The position numbers were made by a program, and so were the translations under genes. 64,000 nucleotides of DNA from Acidobacteriota bacterium (lineage in GTDB: Bacteria > Acidobacteriota > Thermoanaerobaculia > Multivoradales > UBA5704): the NCBI GenBank assembly GCA_040005235.1, contig JBDTZG010000007.1:1-64000 (forward strand), given 5' to 3'. Within the stretch, counting starts at the first letter, position 1, and every line of letters begins with the position of its first letter. The notes under the pieces were generated by a model. That model was not told the DNA's origin, did not search any database, and was given only the letters and a program-made list of their open reading frames with translations. Positions 22,442-32,219 of this stretch are shown piece by piece.

Positions 22442-22951
22442 GTGCGCGGACCGGCGATCGGCGAAACCGCCCCGAACTTCGACCTTTCGTCGACCGAAGG
22501 GGTGCTCCTGATGCTGCGCGACGAGTGCGTCCATTCCGCGCTCGTCGTCTATCTCGCCCCGGCACTCGATGAGGGGGCAAAGCTCGACCTCGCCGCGCTC
22601 GGCCGAGCCCAGGATGCCCTGGGCCGGCTGCGCGCCCGGCCGCTCGCGATCTTGAAGGCCCCAATGCCGCAGTTGCTCGCGGCGCAGAAAGAGCTGGGCC
22701 TGCTCTACCCCTTGCTCCACGACGATCGCGCCTTCCTGCCGGCCTACGGCGTCGAGGCGGAAACGGGAGCCGAGCCCGCGCTGTTTCTGATCGACCGCGG
22801 CCAGAACGTGCTCTGGAAGGCGAATCCGGCGGGATCGGTCGAAGCGGTGTTGCCCGCGCTGCTCGCGAAGCTCAAGGCGTTGCCAAGGACTAGGCCGAGC
22901 TTCCCGCGCAAGGTAATCAACCGGGTGGTGGAGCGCTGGGTTGGGCGGTAA
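22442..22951 (+). CDS. AhpC/TSA redoxin-fold protein lacking the peroxidatic Cys motif
   Basis: IGETAPNFDLSSTEG, YPLLHD, AYGV, PALFLIDR. No PxxxTxxC or CxxC. Confidence 0.7.
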   Translation: MRGPAIGETAPNFDLSSTEGVLLMLRDECVHSALVVYLAPALDEGAKLDLAALGRAQDALGRLRARPLAILKAPMPQLLAAQKELGLLYPLLHDDRAFLPAYGVEAETGAEPALFLIDRGQNVLWKANPAGSVEAVLPALLAKLKALPRTRPSFPRKVINRVVERWVGR

Positions 22952-22963
22952 AAGCTGTCGTCT

Positions 22964-23341
22964 TCAAACTGCCGCAAGCCACCGACCGGCGGCGAAGCCG
23001 AGCAGGCCGGCTATCAGGCAGCCGAAAACCGTGACGCTCAAGTTCGCGAAGGCGACCAGCCAGGCGCTGTCCTGGAGAGCCTTGAGCGTCTCGTAATTGA
23101 ACGTCGAGTAGGTGGTGAAGCCGCCCATCACTCCGGTGGTCAGTGCCAGGCGAAGCGTCGGCGAGAGGGACGTCGAACCGACCGCCATCAGCAGGCCGAG
23201 CAGGAACGAGCCGATCGTGTTGACCGCGAGCGTACCCCAAGGGAATCCGGGGCCGGCGGTGCGCAAGATCCAACCCGAAAGCAGATAGCGGGCCGCGGTT
23301 CCCACCGCGCCGCCGAGCGAGATCCAGAGCAGACGCACCAT
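22964..23341 (-). CDS. crcB: Fluoride efflux channel
   Basis: GGAVGTAARY, FPWGTLAVN, GVMGGFTTYSTFNYE. Confidence 0.95.
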   Translation of the reverse strand: MVRLLWISLGGAVGTAARYLLSGWILRTAGPGFPWGTLAVNTIGSFLLGLLMAVGSTSLSPTLRLALTTGVMGGFTTYSTFNYETLKALQDSAWLVAFANLSVTVFGCLIAGLLGFAAGRWLAAV

Positions 23342-23432
23342 GTCGGGCGAGTATACCGGCCGGGAAGAGCCGTCGGTTCCGGAGTGTTATCTTGACCTTC
23401 GGTCCAAATAGACCGTCTTTCCGGAGATTCGA

Positions 23433-25415
23433 TTGAGCGACGAAACCACGACGGCGCCTTCTCCTCTTACCCGTTCGCCGCGTACCGGCCTCTATGGCGG
23501 GCAGGTCTCGTCCCGTCGCGCCAAGGCCGCCGCGGCCGGTGCCACACAGGAGAAGAAGGCCAAGAAGCCCCCCTCGCTCAAACTGGCTTTGCGCGATGCC
23601 GCCGCCTTGGTCAAGGCGCGCAAAGGGCGGCTGGCACTGGGCATTCTTCTCATGTTGATCAGCCGTCTGGCCGGCCTGGTCCTGCCCGGCACGACTAAAT
23701 TTCTGCTCGACGACGTGATCGGCAAGAGCAACCGGGCGCTCCTGCTACCGCTGGTCCTTACCGCGATCGTCGCCACCGTGATTCAGGCGACGACCTCGTT
23801 TTCGCTCTCCCAACTGCTCGGCAAGGCGGCTCAGCGCTCGATCACCGACATGCGCCGGAGGATCCAGCGCCACGTCGGCCGGCTGACCGTCGCCTACTAC
23901 GACCAGACGAAATCGGGCGCGCTGCTCTCGCGGGTGATGAACGACGCCGAGGGTCTACGCAACCTGGTCGGCAGCGGCCTGGTCGACCTGATCGGCGGCA
24001 TGGTCACCGCGACGTTCGCGCTCGCCATCCTGCTCGCCTTGAACGCCCGGCTGACGGTTCTCGTGCTCGGCGTCCTGTCGCTGTTCGCGGTGGTGATGTT
24101 CATGGCGTTTTCAACCCTTCGCCCGCTGTTCCGCGAGCGGTCGAAGATCAACGCCGAGGTCGCTGGCCGGCTCTCCGAAACCCTATCCGGCGCGCGCGTG
24201 GTCAAAGCCTACGGCGCCGAGCGGCGCGAGGCGCTGGTGTTCGCCAAAGGGGTTCACCTTCTGTTTAGGAACGTCGCCAAGACGATCACGGGGATGTCGG
24301 CGATCGGCACGGTGTCCACCCTGCTGGTCGGCCTCGCGAGCGTGATGATCATGTGGATCGGCGGCGGCGACGTGCTCTCCGGACGGATGACCGTCGGGTC
24401 GTTCTTCTCGTTCACCCTCTACCTCGGCCTGCTGGTCGGTCCGATCGCTCAGATCGTCTCGATCGGCAGCCAGCTCACGGAGGCGTTCGCGGGCCTCGAG
24501 CGGATTCGCGAGATCCTGGGCGAGAAGCGCGAGGACGAAGGGGACGAAAAGCGCCGGCCGCTCGGGGTGGTCGAAGGACGGGTGGAATTCCAGCACGTCG
24601 GCTTCGAATACAAAGAGGACGCGCCGGTCCTGCACGACGTCTCATTCGTCGCCGAGCCGGGGACTTCAACCGCGCTGGTCGGCCATTCGGGTTCAGGGAA
24701 AAGCACGATGATCGGCCTGGTCGCCGCGTTCCATAAACCGACCGAGGGGAAAATCCTGGTCGATGGCCGCGACTTGGGCGAGATCCGCCTCGCCGACTAT
24801 CGCTCGCAGCTCGGGGTCGTGTTCCAGGACAATTTCCTGTTCGACGGCACGGTGCTCGAAAACATCGCCTACGCCCGGCCGGACTCGGCCAGAGAAGAGA
24901 TCCTGCGCGCCGGCCAGATCGCCCACTGCGAGGAGTTCGTCGCCCGCCTGCCCGACGGCTGGGCCACGGTGGTGGGCGAGCGGGGCGTCAAGCTCTCGGG
25001 CGGAGAGCGCCAGCGGGTGGCGATCGCCCGCGCGATCCTCGCCGATCCGCGCATCCTGATCCTCGACGAGGCGACCTCCTCGCTCGACAGCGAGAGCGAA
25101 TTCCTGATCCAGCAGGGCCTGGCCGAGCTGATGCGCGGCCGGACCACGTTCGTGATCGCCCACCGGCTCTCGACCATTCGCCGCGCCGACACGATCCTGG
25201 TCCTCGAAGCGGGAAGGATCATCGAGCGCGGCAAGCACGAGGATCTACTCGCCCTGGGCGGGCGGTACCACGCCCTCTACACCCGCCAATACGACTTGGA
25301 GGCGAACCTGTTCAGGAACCCCGGCGAGACGGAAGAGAAGAAGAAAGAGGCCGAAGAGCGCAAACCGGAGCTGGTCGGGGCGGGCGGGATGTCGTTGTCG
25401 ATGCGGACGGATTGA
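23433..25415 (+). CDS. ABC exporter, fused TMD-ATPase (MsbA/MdlB-like)
   Basis: Six TMs, GHSGSGKS, LSGGERQR, ILDEATS, IAHRLST. TTG start with GGAG RBS. Confidence 0.93.
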   Translation: MSDETTTAPSPLTRSPRTGLYGGQVSSRRAKAAAAGATQEKKAKKPPSLKLALRDAAALVKARKGRLALGILLMLISRLAGLVLPGTTKFLLDDVIGKSNRALLLPLVLTAIVATVIQATTSFSLSQLLGKAAQRSITDMRRRIQRHVGRLTVAYYDQTKSGALLSRVMNDAEGLRNLVGSGLVDLIGGMVTATFALAILLALNARLTVLVLGVLSLFAVVMFMAFSTLRPLFRERSKINAEVAGRLSETLSGARVVKAYGAERREALVFAKGVHLLFRNVAKTITGMSAIGTVSTLLVGLASVMIMWIGGGDVLSGRMTVGSFFSFTLYLGLLVGPIAQIVSIGSQLTEAFAGLERIREILGEKREDEGDEKRRPLGVVEGRVEFQHVGFEYKEDAPVLHDVSFVAEPGTSTALVGHSGSGKSTMIGLVAAFHKPTEGKILVDGRDLGEIRLADYRSQLGVVFQDNFLFDGTVLENIAYARPDSAREEILRAGQIAHCEEFVARLPDGWATVVGERGVKLSGGERQRVAIARAILADPRILILDEATSSLDSESEFLIQQGLAELMRGRTTFVIAHRLSTIRRADTILVLEAGRIIERGKHEDLLALGGRYHALYTRQYDLEANLFRNPGETEEKKKEAEERKPELVGAGGMSLSMRTD

Positions 25416-25439
25416 GGCAAGGGTTCTACGGCCGGCCCA

Positions 25440-25570
25440 GGTTACCCAGGCCGTTAGCCTGGGCTGACGTGACACGGCCCTTCAGGCCGTAAATTACACG
25501 ATACGCTGAATTTTGGCGGCGGCCTGAAGGGCCGCGTATTCGTTAGCCCAGGCCAACGGCCTGGGTGGAA
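25440..25570. repeat. REP-like palindrome pair
   Basis: ACCCAGGCCGTTAGCCTGGGCT..CGGCCCTTCAGGCCG and inverted CGGCCTGAAGGGCCG..AGCCCAGGCCAACGGCCTGGGT, between convergent genes. Confidence 0.82.
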
Positions 25571-25613
25571 TGGCCTGGGCGGCCTGGGTCGGCACGGGGC
25601 CGGAGTTCCCCTC

Positions 25614-26438
25614 CTACGGCCGGCCCCAAAGCTTCTTTTCGTCTTTCGGGGCCGCCGCCTTGCGCCGGCCGCCTCGGGCTTGGACCTCCGCGACCTCGGC
25701 AAGGGTGGGGGCCAGGGCTGCGCGCTGAATTTCCACGAGCTGGCCGATGCCTCCGAGGGCTAGATCGACCAGGCGGTCCATCTCGTCGCGGCGGAACGCG
25801 CGCTTTTCTCCCGTACCTTGAATCTCGACCAGTTGGCCGTCGGCCGTTGCGACCACGTTCATGTCGACCTCGGCGGCTTGATCCTCGATGTATTCGAGGT
25901 CGAGCAGGGGGTTGCCGTCCAAAATGCCGACCGAGACCGCAGCGAGCGGCGAGACCAGCGGCCAGGCTGCGATGTCGCCGGTGAGGTAGAGCCGCGCGCA
26001 CGCCAGAGCTAGCGCCACATAGGCGCCGGTGATCGCCGCGGTTCGGGTTCCGCCGTCGGCCTGGAGCACGTCGCAATCGAGGGTGATCGTCCGGTCGGGC
26101 ATCGCGGTCGTATCGACCACGGCGCGCAGGCTACGGCCGATCAGGCGTTGGATTTCGGAGGTCCGGCCGCTCGGCCGGCCCTTGTCGACCTCGCGGCCGG
26201 AACGGGTATGGGTAGCGCGCGGCAGCATCGAATATTCGGCGGTCACCCAGCCGCGGCCGGAATCGCGAAGGAACGAGGGGACCCGGTTTTCGACACTCGC
26301 GGCGACCAGCACCCGCGTGTCGCCGACCTCGATCAGCGCCGAACCCTCGGCGAATTTTTGCGCATTCAGCTGGAGATTTACCGGCCGCAGCGCATTCGCC
26401 GCGCGGCCATTGGGACGAAGAATCGGAGTTTCGCTCAT
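25614..26438 (-). CDS. rph: Ribonuclease PH
   Basis: [54 protein letters not shown]. Confidence 0.97.
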   Translation of the reverse strand: MSETPILRPNGRAANALRPVNLQLNAQKFAEGSALIEVGDTRVLVAASVENRVPSFLRDSGRGWVTAEYSMLPRATHTRSGREVDKGRPSGRTSEIQRLIGRSLRAVVDTTAMPDRTITLDCDVLQADGGTRTAAITGAYVALALACARLYLTGDIAAWPLVSPLAAVSVGILDGNPLLDLEYIEDQAAEVDMNVVATADGQLVEIQGTGEKRAFRRDEMDRLVDLALGGIGQLVEIQRAALAPTLAEVAEVQARGGRRKAAAPKDEKKLWGRP

Positions 26439-26550
26439 CGGCCGATTGTAGCGGCTGGCAGCGTCTGACGCCGAGGTCCGTCAGATCTTCCCGCCGCCAA
26501 GCGAATATGATGGAAGAAGCGGGTCGCATCGACCCGGGGGGATTTTCACC

Positions 26551-27015
26551 ATGACCAAGAATCCGAAGCCTTTCCTGTTTGCCCTCGTCGTCCTCGCGGC
26601 GGCCACGCTTTCGATTGCCGCGGCGCCCAAGCCGACGCCGGACGACCTGGCGTTTACCGACGTGCAGGCCCAGTCGGTCGAGTTCATCGGCTATTACAAA
26701 ACGATCCAGCTGACCTCCGAGCAGGAGGCGATCAAAAAGGCGGCGCTCACCCAATTGCCGGCCCCTTGCTGCACCGAGAACACCGCTTATACCTGCTGCT
26801 GCCCGTGCAACATGGCGAAAAGCACTTGGGGCCTGGCGGCCTATCTGATCACCCAGAAGGGGTACGACGCCGAGCGCCTGAAGACCAAGGTCGCCGAGTG
26901 GCACAAGTTCATCAACCCGGCGGGATTCTCGGGCAACGTTTGCTCAACCGGCGGTTGCGGCCGGGCGTTCTCCAAGAACGGCTGCGGGGGGATGGGGGCG
27001 ACGGTCACGCCGTAG
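26551..27015 (+). CDS. Secreted Cys-rich hypothetical protein
   Basis: Signal peptide and nine Cys (PCC, TCCCPC, CSTGGC, GCGG). Confidence 0.8.
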   Translation: MTKNPKPFLFALVVLAAATLSIAAAPKPTPDDLAFTDVQAQSVEFIGYYKTIQLTSEQEAIKKAALTQLPAPCCTENTAYTCCCPCNMAKSTWGLAAYLITQKGYDAERLKTKVAEWHKFINPAGFSGNVCSTGGCGRAFSKNGCGGMGATVTP

Positions 27016-27052
27016 CACGGCACAACCGGGCGCTGGGGGATATCATCCGCCG

Positions 27053-27775
27053 ATGGCCTGGTATCGCGAATGGTTCGGGGACGAGTATCTGGAGCTCTAC
27101 GCGAACCGTGACGAGAGCGAGGCCATCGGGCACGTCGATTTCGTCGAAAAGACGCTCGGGAGCGGCCCTTCCCGCCCCCGGGCGGTGCTCGATCTGGCCT
27201 GCGGCGCCGGGCGGCATACCGCGGCTCTCCGGCGGCGCGGTTTTCGGGCGCTGGGTGTCGACCTTTCGGTCACTCTGCTGATCCGCGGCCAGGTGCCCTG
27301 CGTCGCGGGCGACATGCGCTCTCTGCCGTTTGCCGACGGCAGTTTCACCTGGGTGCTCAATTTTTTCACCTCGTTCGGCTACTTCGAGAGCGAGCGCGAG
27401 AACTTCCTGGTCTTGGGCGAGATCGGCCGGCTGCTTCAATCCGAGGGCCGTTTTTTGATCGACCTGATGAATCCCCATTTTGCGCTCGCGAATTTGAACC
27501 CGCGGGAAGTGCAGAACGTAGAAGGACGGCGGGTCGAGATCGATCGCTGGTACGACGCCGCGAGCCAGCGGCTGAACAAGCGGATCCGCGTCGTGCCCGA
27601 CGACGGACCCGCGCGGACTTATCTGGAGAGCGTGCGGGCCTACCAGCCGGAGGAGGTGACCGCCGGCCTCCGCTGGGTGGGCTTGGCGCTCGATGATCTC
27701 TACGGCAGTTTTCGAGGGGAACCTTACGATCGTGACAGCGAACGCCTCATCCTCGTCGGGCACAAGCCCGTCTGA
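27053..27775 (+). CDS. Class I SAM-dependent methyltransferase (candidate bacillithiol N-methyltransferase, NmbA-like)
   Basis: VLDLACGAGRH, GVDLS, GDMR, FTSFGYF. Overlaps bshC. Confidence 0.88.
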   Translation: MAWYREWFGDEYLELYANRDESEAIGHVDFVEKTLGSGPSRPRAVLDLACGAGRHTAALRRRGFRALGVDLSVTLLIRGQVPCVAGDMRSLPFADGSFTWVLNFFTSFGYFESERENFLVLGEIGRLLQSEGRFLIDLMNPHFALANLNPREVQNVEGRRVEIDRWYDAASQRLNKRIRVVPDDGPARTYLESVRAYQPEEVTAGLRWVGLALDDLYGSFRGEPYDRDSERLILVGHKPV

Positions 27776-29462
27776 CCTACAGACCCTCGAATCCGATCCG
27801 GCCGCGCTCCGAACACTCGCGCCGCTCGACCTCGTGGCGAACAGCCTTCTGCCGCCGATTCCGGTGGCGTTCCTTGGCCGAAGGGAGCTGGATCTTCTCG
27901 CGCCGCTCCGCTTTGCGCATCCCGACGCGCCGGCCGCGTTGCCGCAGAGGCCGAGCCCCGATCGGGTCGATCTCAGAGAGAAGCTTGCGGCGGGTCTCGC
28001 GACGGCGAACCGGGCCTACGGCCATCCGGCGGCAGATGCCCTGGCCGAGAAGCTCGCCGATCCCCGCACCCGGGTGGTCGCGACCGGCCAGCAGCCCGGG
28101 CTGTTCGGGGGACCGCTGTACGCCCTGTCGAAGATGGTCGCCGCGTCGCGCTGGGCGGCGAAGCTCGAAGCGGCGGGGGAGCCCGCGGTCGCCGTCTTCT
28201 GGGTCGCGACCGAAGATCACGATTGGGCGGAGGTGGCGCAGACGACGCTGCTCGCCCAAGGCGGCCTGCGCCGGTTCGACCTTGGGCCCGACCCGGAGCC
28301 GCTCGCCCCGCTCGGTACCCGGACGCTGGGGCCGGAAATGGCGCGGGTCCACGCCGAGATCGCCGAGGCCTTCCCCGGCCCGACGTTTGCGGCCTGGCGC
28401 GAGACGCTCGCCCGCTGGTACCGCCCCGAAGCCCGGTTCGGCGAGGCGTTCTGCCGCCTGATGGCGCACCTGCTCGGCCCCCGATGTCCGCTGCTGCTCG
28501 ATGCGATGCTGCCGGAATTGAAGACCGCGGAACGGCCGCACCTGCGCCGGCTGGTCGAGGAGCGGGTGGCGCTCGAAGCCGCCTACGCCGCGCAGGACGC
28601 CGAGATCGAGCGCCGCGGCCTGCCGCTCCAGGTGGCGCCGCAACGGGGGCTCTCGCCTCTGTTCCTCTACACCCACGGCGAACGGCGGCGGATCGAATGG
28701 CGCGGCGCGGACCGCTATGCCCTGCGGGGACGAGGCGGGCGCGACGAGGAGTTTCCGGTCGAGCAGTTGCTCGCCGCGATCGACGAAAACCCGGGGGTGG
28801 TGAGCCCCGGCGTACTCGCCCGGCCGGCGATTCAGGACGCCGTGCTGGGCACCTCGATCCTGCTGCTGGGGCCGGGCGAGATGTCGTATATCCCCCAGGT
28901 CGTTCCAGCCTACCGGACGCTGGGGATCGAAGGTCCGGCCGTGGCGCTCCGGCCGCAGGTGACCCTGGTCGAAACCGCCACCCGCGGCCGCCTCACGGCG
29001 CTCGACCTGACGTTTTCGCGCATCGTCGCCGACCCGGGGCTGGTCGAACGGCGGCTCGCCGAGCGCGGCGGCGGCGAGTTCGTTGCGCCGGTTCGCGACC
29101 AGATCGCCGCGCTGCTCGAGAGCTTAAACCCCCTTGCCGTGGCGGTCGATCCGAGCCTCGACAAGCCGTTGGAGAAGACTCGCGAGCAGGCGCTCCGCGG
29201 CCTCGACCTGTTCGCCGACAAAGTGCGCGCCTCGGCCGCGCGGAAGAACGAGGTCGAAGCGCGTCGCGCCGGCCAACTGCTCGACCTCCTCCGTCCGAAC
29301 GGCAAGCTTCAGGAGCGCGAGCTGTCGTCGGCGCAATTCGCGACCCGGGCGATGGAAAGCGCCGGGGAGGCGCTCTGGCAGGGGATGGATCTCGATCCGC
29401 GCCGGCTCCAGGCGATCGAGCTGCCGCCCCCGCCGCCGCAGGGCACGGGAGGTGGGTCATGA
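27693..29462 (+). CDS. bshC: Bacillithiol biosynthesis cysteine-adding enzyme (start uncertain, GTG 27732 possible)
   Basis: VATGQQPGLFGGPLY..K, VFWVATEDHDWAEV, SPGVLARP..QD, GPGE..Y, P.GKLQER. Confidence 0.92.
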   Translation: MISTAVFEGNLTIVTANASSSSGTSPSDLQTLESDPAALRTLAPLDLVANSLLPPIPVAFLGRRELDLLAPLRFAHPDAPAALPQRPSPDRVDLREKLAAGLATANRAYGHPAADALAEKLADPRTRVVATGQQPGLFGGPLYALSKMVAASRWAAKLEAAGEPAVAVFWVATEDHDWAEVAQTTLLAQGGLRRFDLGPDPEPLAPLGTRTLGPEMARVHAEIAEAFPGPTFAAWRETLARWYRPEARFGEAFCRLMAHLLGPRCPLLLDAMLPELKTAERPHLRRLVEERVALEAAYAAQDAEIERRGLPLQVAPQRGLSPLFLYTHGERRRIEWRGADRYALRGRGGRDEEFPVEQLLAAIDENPGVVSPGVLARPAIQDAVLGTSILLLGPGEMSYIPQVVPAYRTLGIEGPAVALRPQVTLVETATRGRLTALDLTFSRIVADPGLVERRLAERGGGEFVAPVRDQIAALLESLNPLAVAVDPSLDKPLEKTREQALRGLDLFADKVRASAARKNEVEARRAGQLLDLLRPNGKLQERELSSAQFATRAMESAGEALWQGMDLDPRRLQAIELPPPPPQGTGGGS

Positions 29463-30196
29463 AACTGGACGTTTTGGCGATCGGTGCCCATCCGGACGAC
29501 GTCGAGCTGGGTTGCGGCGGCACCGTCGCTTCGATGGCCCGGGCGGGCCGGTCGGTCGGCATCCTTCATTTAACCCGCGGCGAGGCCGGAACCCGCGGTA
29601 CGCCGGAAGAGCGGCGGCTCGAAGCGGAAGAGGCGGCCCAGGCGCTCGGGGCGGTCGAGCTGCGGTTCTTGGATTGCGGCGATGGCTCGCTGCGCTCCGG
29701 CCCGGAGGAAGAGGACGCGCTGATCGAGGTGCTGCGCGAGCTGCGCCCGGACATGGTGCTCAGCCCCACCCCCTACGACCGCCATCCCGATCACATTCGC
29801 GCCCACCGGCTGGTGCAGGCGGTCGGTTTCTATGCCGGCCTTAGGGCGCGCGGCTCGAAAGCGCACCCGACCCACCGGCCGGCGGCGGTCTTTTCCTACA
29901 TGCAGCACGATTCGTTCGAGCCGGACTTCGTGGTCGACGTCTCGCACGTCTGGGAGGCGAAGATCGCGAGCCTCGCCGCTCACCGCTCGCAGATCCATCT
30001 TCCGGGCGCTCCGGCGTCCGCCGAGGCGGGCGGGCCGGTCACCAAGGTTTCGACTCCTGAATTCTATTTTGCGATGGAGGGCCGGGCGCGCCACTACGGC
30101 AACCTGATCGGCGCCACCTACGGCGAGCCGTTCTGGAGCCCGCTCCCTCTGGCGGTGCGCGATCCGTTCTCGATCCTGCCGGGAGGTGTTCGTTGA
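29459..30196 (+). CDS. bshB1: GlcNAc-malate deacetylase (PIG-L family)
   Basis: LAIGAHPDDVELGCGG, LTRGEAGTRG, DRHPDH, H.SQ. Sits between bshC and bshA. Confidence 0.93.
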   Translation: MKLDVLAIGAHPDDVELGCGGTVASMARAGRSVGILHLTRGEAGTRGTPEERRLEAEEAAQALGAVELRFLDCGDGSLRSGPEEEDALIEVLRELRPDMVLSPTPYDRHPDHIRAHRLVQAVGFYAGLRARGSKAHPTHRPAAVFSYMQHDSFEPDFVVDVSHVWEAKIASLAAHRSQIHLPGAPASAEAGGPVTKVSTPEFYFAMEGRARHYGNLIGATYGEPFWSPLPLAVRDPFSILPGGVR

Positions 30197-31326
30197 AGAT
30201 CGGCATCAGCTGCTACCCGACCTACGGCGGCTCAGGGATCGTCGCGACCGAGCTGGCGATGGCGCTTGCCGAGGCGGGCGACGAGGTCCACGTGATCTCG
30301 TACGCGCTCCCCTCGCGCCTCACCTTCACCAGCTCGCGGATCTACTTCCACGAAGTGGTGGTGCCGCGCTACCCGTTGTTCGAATATCCCCCCTATTCGC
30401 TGGCGCTGGCGACCAAGATGGTCGAGGTCGCGCGCCACCAGAAGCTCGACGTGATGCACGTCCATTACGCCGTGCCGAACGCCGTCTCCGCCGTGCTCGC
30501 GCGGCAGATTCTGGCGCCCCAGCCGCTGCCTGTGGTGACCACCCTGCACGGCACGGACGTCACCCTGGTGGGCAACGATCCGAATTACCTCGAAACCACC
30601 CGCTACGGCATCGTCCAGAGCGACGCGGTGACCGCGGTGTCGGAATCGCTCCGCCTGCAGACGGTCGAGCAGCTCGGCGTGCTCACCAAGACGATTCACG
30701 TGGTGCCGAACTTCATCGACCCCGCCCGCTTCGACGCGGTCCGCGGCACGGAAGGGGCGCGCCGCTGGGCGAAACCGGGCGAGCGGACGCTGGTCCACAT
30801 CTCGAACTTCCGGCCCGTGAAAAGGGTGCTCGACGTGGTCGAGATCTTCGAGCGGGTCCATCGCAATGTGCGCTCGCGCCTGATCCTGGTGGGAGACGGG
30901 CCGGAGCGCGGCAAGGTCGAGCAAATCTGCCGCGAGCGCGATCTCTGCCACGCGATCACATTCATCGGCAGCCTCCCTTTGATCGAAGAGATCCTGGTCG
31001 GGGCCGATCTCTTCCTGCTGCCGTCCGAGACCGAGTCGTTCGGCTTGGCGGCGCTCGAAGCGATGAGCTGCGAGGTGCCGGTGATCGCGACCACCGCGGG
31101 CGGCCTGCCCGAAGTGGTGATCGACGGCGAGACCGGCTATCTGCGCCCGGTGGGCGACGTGGACGCGATGGCCGCCGCGGCGCTCGACCTCCTTTCCGAC
31201 GAGCCGAAACGTTTGGCGTTCGCCGCGGCGGGGCGGAAGCTCGCGGTCGACAAGTTCGCTCAGGACGTGATCGTCGGCCACTATCGCGAGCTGTACCTGC
31301 GGGTCGTCGCCGACGCCAACTCGTAA
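30193..31326 (+). CDS. bshA: N-acetyl-alpha-D-glucosaminyl L-malate synthase
   Basis: KIGISCYPTYGGSGIVATEL, YPLFEYPPY, HVHYAVP, TTLHGTDVT, HISNFRPVKR, ESFGLAALEA. Confidence 0.96.
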   Translation: MKIGISCYPTYGGSGIVATELAMALAEAGDEVHVISYALPSRLTFTSSRIYFHEVVVPRYPLFEYPPYSLALATKMVEVARHQKLDVMHVHYAVPNAVSAVLARQILAPQPLPVVTTLHGTDVTLVGNDPNYLETTRYGIVQSDAVTAVSESLRLQTVEQLGVLTKTIHVVPNFIDPARFDAVRGTEGARRWAKPGERTLVHISNFRPVKRVLDVVEIFERVHRNVRSRLILVGDGPERGKVEQICRERDLCHAITFIGSLPLIEEILVGADLFLLPSETESFGLAALEAMSCEVPVIATTAGGLPEVVIDGETGYLRPVGDVDAMAAAALDLLSDEPKRLAFAAAGRKLAVDKFAQDVIVGHYRELYLRVVADANS

Positions 31327-31504
31327 GGCCGGGCCGGCGCTCGCCGGTTTGCGGCTCGAACCGGTGGCGCCGTAACAGGAAGGCTCTCCACGACGCCAGG
31401 AGTCCTGGCACGGTTGTCCGCCCCCGGTCGATGGCGTATGCTCAGCTCGCCAGAAACGTCGGACACATAAGGTTTTTCCGGACCTCTGAAAGGAGAGCCC
31501 TGAG

Positions 31505-31891
31505 ATGAGTGAGCCCCTACCTCCCCCGCCGCCGCCGAGTTATGCGCCGCCCCCCCCGCCACCGGCCGGCGGAGCGAGCAGCAACAAGACGGTGATGCTC
31601 GTGCTCTCCTACCTCGGATTGCTCGCGATCATCCCGTTCGTGGTCGAGAAGGACGACAAAGAGGTCCAGTGGCACGCCAAGCACGGGCTGGTGATCTGCG
31701 TGCTCTGGGTCGCCGTCAGCCTGGTCTTCTTCGTCCTCGCCCACATTCCGTTCCTCGGCTGCCTCGCGGGCTTGATCTCGATCTTCATTCCGATCGGAAT
31801 GCTGATCCTGGCCGTCCTCTGCATCATGAAGGCGGTCAACGGCCAACGGTTCATCATCCCCGGCGTGAGCCAGTACGCCGACAAATTCTGA
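31505..31891 (+). CDS. DUF4870-like membrane protein
   Basis: AAGGAG RBS, Pro-rich N-terminus, LSYLG...HAK.G, three TMs, KA..G..F.IP. Confidence 0.8.
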   Translation: MSEPLPPPPPPSYAPPPPPPAGGASSNKTVMLVLSYLGLLAIIPFVVEKDDKEVQWHAKHGLVICVLWVAVSLVFFVLAHIPFLGCLAGLISIFIPIGMLILAVLCIMKAVNGQRFIIPGVSQYADKF

Positions 31892-31905
31892 TCTGGAGGC
31901 TTTGA

Positions 31906-32214
31906 ATGTCGATTCCGATCGCACCTCCGCCCATGCAGGCCAAGGCGAGCAGCCAGGCGACCACCGCAATGATCGTGGGGATCGTCGGCGTCATCTGCTG
32001 CGGTCTCGCCGCGCCGTTCGCCTGGTACCTCGGCAACAAAGAGCTGCAGCTGATCGCCGCAGGTCAGTCCTCTCCCGCAGGTGAGGGCGCGGCGAAAACC
32101 GGCAAGATTCTCGGCATGGTCGGCTCGGCCCTGCTGGTTCTCGGCCTGGCCTGGGTCTTCATCGGCGGCGGAATGGCCATCGTCCAAGCCATGGCGGCCA
32201 ACGCCGGGAAGTAA
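31906..32214 (+). CDS. DUF4190-like membrane protein
   Basis: GGAGG RBS; two TMs with G...L..I......GEG.A..G.ILG. Confidence 0.78.
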   Translation: MSIPIAPPPMQAKASSQATTAMIVGIVGVICCGLAAPFAWYLGNKELQLIAAGQSSPAGEGAAKTGKILGMVGSALLVLGLAWVFIGGGMAIVQAMAANAGK

Positions 32215-32219
32215 CACCT

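Noticed and set aside
23342-23430. Fluoride riboswitch upstream of crcB
   Set aside because: No GGCGATGG-type aptamer is visible, and a -10 box sits 8 nt from the ATG, leaving no leader.
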